From assembly GCA_949358305.1 (NCBI GenBank), contig OX442314.1, positions 27,218,001-27,282,000 on the forward strand: DNA of 64,000 bases, in the 5' to 3' direction. This stretch comes from Strigamia acuminata. Lineage: Eukaryota. How positions within the stretch are numbered: position 1 is the first letter of the stretch; each line of letters opens with the position of its first letter. Positions 25,701 to 34,700 of the stretch are shown in pieces. Below the pieces are notes generated by a model that did not search any database, was not told where the DNA came from, and worked only from the letters and a program-made list of their open reading frames with translations. The position numbers and the translations under genes were made by a program.

Positions 25701-28700
25701 TCGGGTGTTTTAGGTGAAGGTAAGTCTATTGACATCATGTCCGTCTCGTCGGACAACGGATTTCCGCTCTCGTTAACATTGATGAACGGTTGTCCCGTAT
25801 TCGGCCCAGATGACAGGCCGGGGTTGACGTGTATCCAAACACTTCGGATGAGTCGAGATAAGGCGTCATCTCCAAACGCCATCTCGTAAAATTCTTGTGG
25901 GTTGGACGGGCGTCGGCGAGCTCGGATCAGCCGTTGATGCAACATCCACGGCCTCTTCTGTCGTATCTTCCGCTCAAGCCAGTTGAAAACGTGGTGACAA
26001 AGCTCCACGTTGTGTTTGAGCAAAATCCTCGTATGCGGATGCATCTCGAGTCTTGGGTACGTTCTTCGCAGCTTAATGTAAATTGGGCTGCTTTCCTGCT
26101 TCTTGGTTTCGGCAGCTCCGGCCGCCGGTTGAATTTGCATCTTCGGATCGTCTTTTCCGGGCGATGGTGTGGGTGCACGAATAGGTGAATGCACACTCCT
26201 TGGTGGTGTCGGCGGGTTGGGCGCCGCAGCTGACTCGTCTGGACGTTTTACGTAACAAGATCGGCCCCCGGGCCGGAGTATCAAAGCTCCGCGTGGTTTC
26301 GGTCGAGTTTTGGGTCGCGCCCCTAAATTGGCGTTTTCGACGTGCGTAAAAAACGTGGTTGAACTTGAGGTCGTAGCTCGACCTCGACTCGGTCCAGGTC
26401 TTGGATCGTCGAAATTTTCTATCTCCATGGCGACGTGACTGTTGGACGGTTCAGTCGTGGTTTGGGCAACAGCATGGCTCTCGATCGCAGCTGCAGTTGG
26501 CGTGTAAGTGGCTTCTGGCATCTTTCTTTTAGACGTCTGATCCCTCGGCGGCATTCCTGCCGGTCGAATTGTTTTCAGCTCTTGCTGGAAAGTGATTTTG
26601 CGCATGTCCCACTCGCGTCGGAGACGAATGGCCGATGCGGCCGGGTTTTCTCCAATAACGGCAACTTGGCGCATCAAATCGCTGCACATGGTGGGCGGAT
26701 CCAATTGGATGGACCGCCAACATTCTAGAAGTTCAGGTTTAACGGCCATGGCGGCCGTTCTTAGGTACGTGGTGGCAGCGAAGCCTGGCCTCGGGCTGTC
26801 AAATACCCCGGGAAACAAAATTCTCCGATAACTCGGCACAAGCTGTCGCTGTAACTCATTCAAACGTGGGTCGTCGGGTCCCGTCGGCTCCATTCGGTTC
26901 AGCAAGCCGGCGACACGACGACTACCTTTCAGACTCTCGGTGACTTGAGCTATTTGGTATAAGTCCATGTCAGACAACTCAATCTCCTGGGTCTCTAACG
27001 GCGCTTCGCAGAACCCCTGCCACATGGCGTCATAATGCTGATCGAATCCCTTTTTCAAAACTTGGGATACCATCCCGAATTTTCTCGTAGGCAATCGAGG
27101 CTCTGGAAGACTCGGGTCTGGGTTTATGGAATCCGTGTACTCTCTACACTCTACAGGAATCGGCCCTTCGATTGGCCGGTGGTTCGCCTGGTCATTCGAA
27201 TTTTGTGTGTTTGGAAGGCTTTTCCATTCACAGGCCGTGTTGTCGGCCATTGTTGGGGGCGAAATTCTGTAGCTTCGGTCTACGATGTGGACTTCCGCGG
27301 AACTTCCTCCCTCCAAGGCGGACACTGACGTTGGCGTATTTAACATCAAAGTCTCATTAGATCCTATCGTTGGTTCTTCTGCATCAGGCGATTGGAAACA
27401 AGCATCCCAATCGGCTTGCTGTTGCTCCAACGCTGCTTTCTTGCGAAGGGTGACTTGCATGGAATGCTCTTCGACTTCGCGATCCCATCGGCCAGGCAAT
27501 TCGTCGTCCTTGGGCGGTGGTGGCATCAGGGCCAAGCGTTCGCGCTCCAACTTTTCACGGTTTTGTCGGCCTGCACGATGCTTGAGTCGGCCGTTGGCAC
27601 GAAGCAAATCTGGTCTGGTTCCTGGGCGAGCGGCGTACGGATCCACTCCTCCAGGGTATCGGCAAGCCGCGTCCCATCGTGAAACTCTGGCTTCCAAAAC
27701 ATTATCAACGGCTCTTGAAGCCGTATTGTGGTGATTGCCACAGGTCATCTTGGCACGTGGTTCGTTTGATGCAACTGAATTTGACCGCTCTCGCTTATCA
27801 TTGCGTTCTTGGTCGTGATATGCGTCTCTTTGACGTTCCCAGTCACGGAATCGGGCACGAGCGTGGCCGAAATGTCCGGCCATTCCCAGAATGTGCATCT
27901 CGTATTGTGAACTGGCGAGATCTGCTAAGTCGTAATGTTTATGTCGATCGGCCCACCAGGCCTGCTCTTCTTGTAGCTTTCGCATAACTTCATCCTTCCG
28001 GGCCTGGAGTTTCTCCCAGATGGCATCCAAATAATCGTTCCTTTTGGCATGGGCAATTCGGAAAAACCCGTAGAAGTCCGTGTCTTCCTCTGGCGTGGGA
28101 AAGAGCCAGCCAAAAAGCAATCTGGATCTCAACGGTGATGGCGGATCGATCCTTAGGTTCCAGGAAACGGGGTCGGCTACCATTAGCCGTCCACAAATTC
28201 GGCATCTACAGCCCCAATGTGCGGCGATGGCATTTGAGAACTCTTGTCTCACGTCTTCCCACGTCTGACCAAGTTGTCGTAAACGTCGGACTTCGGCGGA
28301 TAATTCGCCTCTAAAGATTCCTGTTACCATGGGTACGTAATCTGGTAACGCATACGGCTGATTGATTGCCATTAATATCTACAGAAACGTTTGAAAGTTT
28401 TAATTATTAACTGGTGAATAATATTTTGTTTAAATATTTTTTAGCAAAAGGAAATTGAGCGCGGTCGTCATGGCAACTCCCTCACAACGCTTACTAGCCG
28501 TCGGGCGAAGTCACATGATCATAAAAATGGCGCCATTTAAAATTTGTTAAGTGATTTTTCGAACTGACAAAGTTTTTCTTGAATTTTTTCGGCCTTTTTA
28601 GCCAACTTTCGTGATAGAGAAGTGGAACGTAACTACGTGAAATTCAACGAGCTATTCGTTTAACATACTTTCAATACGATCTGACTCAGTTTTTACGAAC

Positions 28701-31700
28701 TTTCGGTATTTTTCGAGTGTACGACGCGCTTGGTTATACACACGCTTGTCAGCCGATTTTAACATTTCAACGGCTTTTTTAATTTTTTCAATGGCGATAT
28801 TCACCTGATTTTGCAGATCGAAATCTTCATTTAACATTTCGTCGGGCGGATTCATCACGAGATTTCTTTCAGGCTCCGAGTCCGAATCGATGTTGGGCGG
28901 TCCCTCGCCACCTTCGGCCATGATTCTGTGAATGGGCCGTTTGTTTTTCATGACAAATCTAATCATTTCAAACTAACTGTTTCACTTACGAAGTTGAATC
29001 TATTCTTTTCCTTCGTTAATCGGCGGATCGTCCCAATCAGTGTGTTGTCGGAGTGGTTTCACTTTGGAAAGTAACAAATTTTTGCAAAGTCCCCCAACTT
29101 GATGCTGATTGGTCGCCGTATGAACTACGTCATTTTAATTACTATTTTTAGAATGATGTGACATCATTATGTCTCCATCACTCACTAGAGTACTGTCTTG
29201 TCGTCCGCGTTCTGCGCAGAATCGACTAGTTATTCTCCGTTTTGGTGATTTCCGGCTTCTCATGTTATATTTTTTAGCCGATTTCTCGTCATTTTTATCT
29301 AATTCTGTATTTCGAGATACCACTGGGTGTAGCATGGATCTTTGCTTTGCTTTTTTCGGCTTTGTGGCCGGTTCCAACGTGGTTTGTAGATCATCCTGGG
29401 CTATTTGAATGTTTTCAAAACTAACTGCCACGTGTTCAACTTCGTCATCGGAATTTGGCAGCGACGGTAAAGTTTTTACTTCGTCTTCAAATAATGTATT
29501 AATTTTATTTTCAGTGGGTTGTCCCACCACCTCTCCCCTCCGCCAAATTTCCTGAGTAAATTGAGGGAAATATGGTGTAAGTTCGGATGCGTGGATAGAC
29601 GGGAATTTTGCATTATCTTCCAAACGTTTTAACTCAAAGGCATTGCCTTGATGCGCACGAATAATTGCAAAAGGTCCAGTTCGGCGATCAGCGATTCCTG
29701 CCGAAATTCCTTTAACAGCGCTGGATAATACGTGAGAATTTTTCCAGACTAAGTCGTTCACTTTGAAATTATCGAACTTCTTTTCTGATTGGTGATCTTG
29801 CACTCTTTTTTGTAGATCAAATACATGTGACATCATGTGTTGATAGGTGCTTGCGAGCACTTTCTCCAGTTGATGAATGTAAACATGAGGATTTTTTTGG
29901 TCCACGACAAGAACTTCATCTGGCAAGCGCGGATCCCACGGCACTCTCAATTCTCTGCCGAAATTTAAATAAGCCGGTGAGAATTCTCTTCCGGCTGCGA
30001 CCGTAGTTCGCAGACTAAAGGCGAATTCTCGTAAATATTCATCCCAACGGGTGTGAACATCAGTGTATAAAGCAATCAAATATTTAATATCTCTGTTGGT
30101 TCTTTCAACAGGATTCGCCTGAGGATGGTACGGCGAAGTATAAGCCGGTAACATTTTGAATTTCTCGCAAAACTTCTGGTATACTTGCGATCTAAATTGC
30201 GAGCCATTATCAGACAGTATTTTGCGTGGAAAGCCAAATTGTAGTGATAAATTATAAATACAATCAGCTATTTTAGCCGAAGTTGGTTTTGACATTGGCC
30301 GCATCTCTGGCCATTTTGTAGCGACATCGATTATAACGAGTATGTGAGTGTTACCTCGTGGAGTTTTTGGTTTAGGCCCCATGAGATCAGCACTCAAGCA
30401 ATCAAAGGGAGCATACGGACCCATTTGAGCTGCTTCAATTTCTAATTTTTGCCTTGGCTTGCAAGCCTGGCAGCGTTGACAATGTTTGATAAAGCGAGTA
30501 ATATCTCGTTTCATCGTCGGCCATGCGTAGATTCTTCTAGCTCGATACATCGTTCGAGTAATACCACTGTGTCCAGACAACGGGTGTCCGTGAGCTGTCC
30601 AGATGACTCTGTAAACGAGATTCTTCGGTACAACGACTTTCAACGCTCTTCCGTTTTCTCCTAACTCATCGGTTAGAGTTGGATGGAATTTTAGAAGTAA
30701 ATCTTCTTCAATTAGATAAGCGGACGCCTTTCGTTTAAAACGTCTCTTGCTCGTTGCGTGCTTAAGTTCAGGAGGGTAACAACCATTGAGCAGGAAATTT
30801 CGAATTTTTTGGCATTCCTTATCTTGTTTTTGCCCAACAATAATTTCTTCTCTTGTAGGCGGCTCACATTCTAATTTCTTCACAACGTTGGCTGCAAAAG
30901 CGTGGACGAGGACATTGGATGACGGGAATTCAAACTCTTGAGTCATCATGAGATGAATTTTTTCATCGGATTCAATATTAGGAGGATCATAAGCATGTGA
31001 CCAAAAATTGATTATTCTCTCGTCTTCAACAACTTCCGATGTGGGAAGCTGATTTGGTCCCCCCAGCTTCCAGTGTCGATATGGCGATGGACAATACGCC
31101 AATAAATCGTCATCTTCACCGTCTTCGTTATCTTCTTCGGGCGTGCAGACAGGAGCTCGAGACAAAGCATCGGCCAATACGTTTAACGGCCCTTTAATAT
31201 ACTGGATTTCAAATGTATACGCCATTAATTCGAGTTGCCATCGCGCCAGACGTCCTGCCGGTTCTTCCAGAGACATTAGCCATTTCAAGGCCTGATGATC
31301 CGTTTGAACGGTGAATTTGGTAAATTCGATGTAAGGGCGATATTTTCTCAGCGCCCAAACAACGGCCAAACACTCTAATTCAGTAGCCGTGTAATTTACT
31401 TCAGCCGGCTGCAAGCTACGGCTTGAATAAACGCACGGTAGTTCTTCTTGTCCACCTTTTTCGGGTTGGATTTGCATTAATGCGGCGCCCAATCCTTGAC
31501 GACTGGCGTCCGTATGAATTATGAAAGGTCGATACAGATCTGGCATGGCCATTGTTCCTGAATCAGTGAGGGCTTTTTTAATTTTTTCAAAAGCCTCTTG
31601 ATGACTGGGTTGCCAATTGAAATCCATATCCTTTTTCAATAAGGGCCTTAACGGCTCTGCCATGACCGACAAATTTTTTAGAAGTCGATGGAAAAAGTTA

Positions 31701-34700
31701 ACCATCCCCAAAAAACGCTGAAGTTCTTTTAAATTGGTTGGGGTTGGAAATTTCGTAATTGCATCCAACTTCTTGGGGTCAACGGCGAGTCCGCCGGTTC
31801 CTAATTTGTACCCAAGAAAAATCAATTCTTTTCTACAGAATTTCGACTTATCCGGGTTGACACACAAATTAGCTTGTTCTAATTTTCCTAAAATTTTGTC
31901 GACATTGATTAAATGCTCTTCATATGTCTTTGAAACAGTTATGATATCGTCCAGGTACGCCCAAGCTTGTCGCCTATACATCTCATCGAGGACTTTCTCA
32001 ATTAAACGTTGGAAACTAGTCGGCGCATTTTTCAGTCCAAATGCCATAACTAAAAACATCAATCGGCCTATAGGGCTCCAAAAAGCCGTTTTCGGCTGTG
32101 CAGACGGGGTCAAACCTATCTGCCAATAGCCTTTTGTCAAGTCGATTGTGGTAACCCACTCAAATGAACCGATTTCTCTCAAAATTTCCTCGATCGTCGG
32201 CATCTGAGGAGGATCATATTCTGTATGTTCGTTTAATGGCCGATAATCTACACAGAGGCGTGGTTCGGCCCCCGGTTTGACCACTAAAACAATTCGCATG
32301 GCATAATCTCCAGTGGCAGGCACAGCAATTCCCTTGTCTACCATATCCTGACAGATTTGCCGAATTATTTCCCTTTTCTGAGGGTTATAACTTTTAAATG
32401 GTACCCTTATAGGTTTATCAGTTGTCAGCTTGATATCGTGCTGTACTATGTGTGTACGTCCAGGAACTCTTGATAGAATTCTCTGTCGTCTCTTTAATAC
32501 TTCCGCCAATGAGAGTCCTTGCTCCAATGTCAGATTGGCATCATTCACCATTTTGGTGATATCATCTCCCATTTTCAGAGTAGCTGCGCCAGCCAAAATT
32601 CCTTCATGACATACAAATGTAGCATTGTCTGGCGGTAATTCTTCAATTTTGGTTTTATATCTGTCCAAAACTGACTGTGGTATATATGGTAGGGTTTCGG
32701 TCAATGGAGTAATAAAATTCCATGACATCGTTTTCGGATTCGGCTGTATGCTTAGCCGCTTCATGAAATCATTTCCCAGTAAAATCATCGGGAAACGGTG
32801 TTCAATAACTATGAAAGGATGCACAAGGACTCCATGTGTCCATCGAAATGACAGCAACAGGGTTCCGACTGGTTGAATATCTTTGCCAGCCGTTCCAATA
32901 CAGAGACTTGGCGAGATGTACTGTAATTCTTTTTCTAATTTCAGATTTTCCATTACTGAAGCCGCCATAAAGCTTCTATTGGCTCCAGAATCTAATAATC
33001 CAGTAATTGGTCCTTTCATGGTCTGTAGTTGTATTTTCGGAATTCCCGTAAAATCTTCCATGTTCAAATTGCAGGTGACTCTACGTATCCGATGTTCTAA
33101 GGCAGGATAATCAATAGGAAGTTCGTCCATTTCATCGTTATATGACAGAACGACTCTTTCCATAGCTCTAGTCATTTCTTCAATTTCATCGACCTCTTTC
33201 GACTTGGGACGGAATTTTTCCCAAAGTTTATCCATCCAGTTTTTACTTGGTTTGGGGTAGCACTGTAACGCTTTCCTAACGTGATATTGAAAGTATCGTT
33301 TGTCGGCCGTTTTTTCGGCCAATACTTCGTTAAGTTTTGTAAGGTCAACTTTAGGAAATTTCAGGTCACATGGTTTAAACTGAGCTACCATCAAATGTTT
33401 TTTATCTACTGAATCCCAGTAGTCTAAATAGTTTTTATCCAATGGTTCACGGTAATCATGGGTTACTTCAATCTTGGGACAAACGTCGGCGTCTATCTCC
33501 TTAATTGTTTCCGAGGCAACGGGCGCGAGTTTCAGCGTATTCGCTGCCAAACCCGCGCTCACAAGTTTTTTCGGAGCAGTTCCCCCAACTTGCTGACAAG
33601 ACCTTCTATCTCGGCAGCTACTGGACTTCTATCAGGACACTGATTCGACCAATGCCCCAACTTTCCACATCTATGGCACGGATCGGTTTCTGGTGATTTG
33701 CGCCTAGGGCCGTTTCCTGAAGTGGGCGACTTTGAACGAGGTTCTACGGCTTTTTTATCTGTAGCCGATTCCTTTTCAGTATCCGGAATCACTTCGGGCT
33801 TGATGGGTAGCGGCAAAGGTGATTTTGATCGAGCATCTGTATTAAGGTTTGCTGTATTAAAAGTAACGTTTTTACCAACCATTTTTGGTCTGAATTTATT
33901 CTCAGTGACATGCTTCGCGAGTAATACAATAGCATTCTCAACTAAAGGGTCTAGCCCTGGGTCGTCATCTTCGACTACATCAGTGCTGTCTTCTGACAAG
34001 GCAAGATTCGCGTAAGCTCGAGAATTTTTGGGTAGTTTGTGAGGGTTCGGAGGTCCGGCACTTGTAGTTTTATCCGTCTTCTCCGCAAAGTAGTCCCCTC
34101 GATCTCGGGGTTGCATTAAAGGAGCTTGTCCAAGTCTAGCTTCTTTCACATATTCTTTAATGCGTAACTGCCGTTTTTTAATAGCTGCAGTCTCCTCCGG
34201 AGTCAAATATTCATTATACTTTTCTTCAATTCTCAGGTCATTATCCCTTAAAAATTGGGAGAGTTCTTTGAACGATCCGACTGGCGGTGCATCAACATTT
34301 TGCAGAATACTTCGGGAATATGGTGTCATCGCCTTTCGAAATTTTCTGTCCACATCATGGTCAGTAGATGGCGTTGGTAATGATGACAACAAATCTTCGG
34401 TTCGGCGAAGATAGGAACGAATGTCTTCTCCCGCCGATTGAGCTAAATTGTCCCATAATTGATAAATGTCTTCAGTGGGTTCAGCGTATTCTCGCATGAA
34501 CGCTTCTACAAATTGATTCCAATGCACGAATTCTCGTTCAACGAACCAATTTTCGGCGCGTGCCACCAATGATTTTGGGACTAACTTCTCCAAAGTATCT
34601 TGAGGTGTTATACCATTTAGTCGAGCCATTCTGGTAATTTCTTCCAAAAAGGTTGATCCCATTTGGAATTCTCCATTAAAACGATCAGGGACTAATCGAT

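Noticed and set aside
25697..28372. Calling ORF3 env
   Set aside because: No signal peptide, transmembrane anchor, Cys-rich ectodomain or furin-plus-fusion-peptide pattern.
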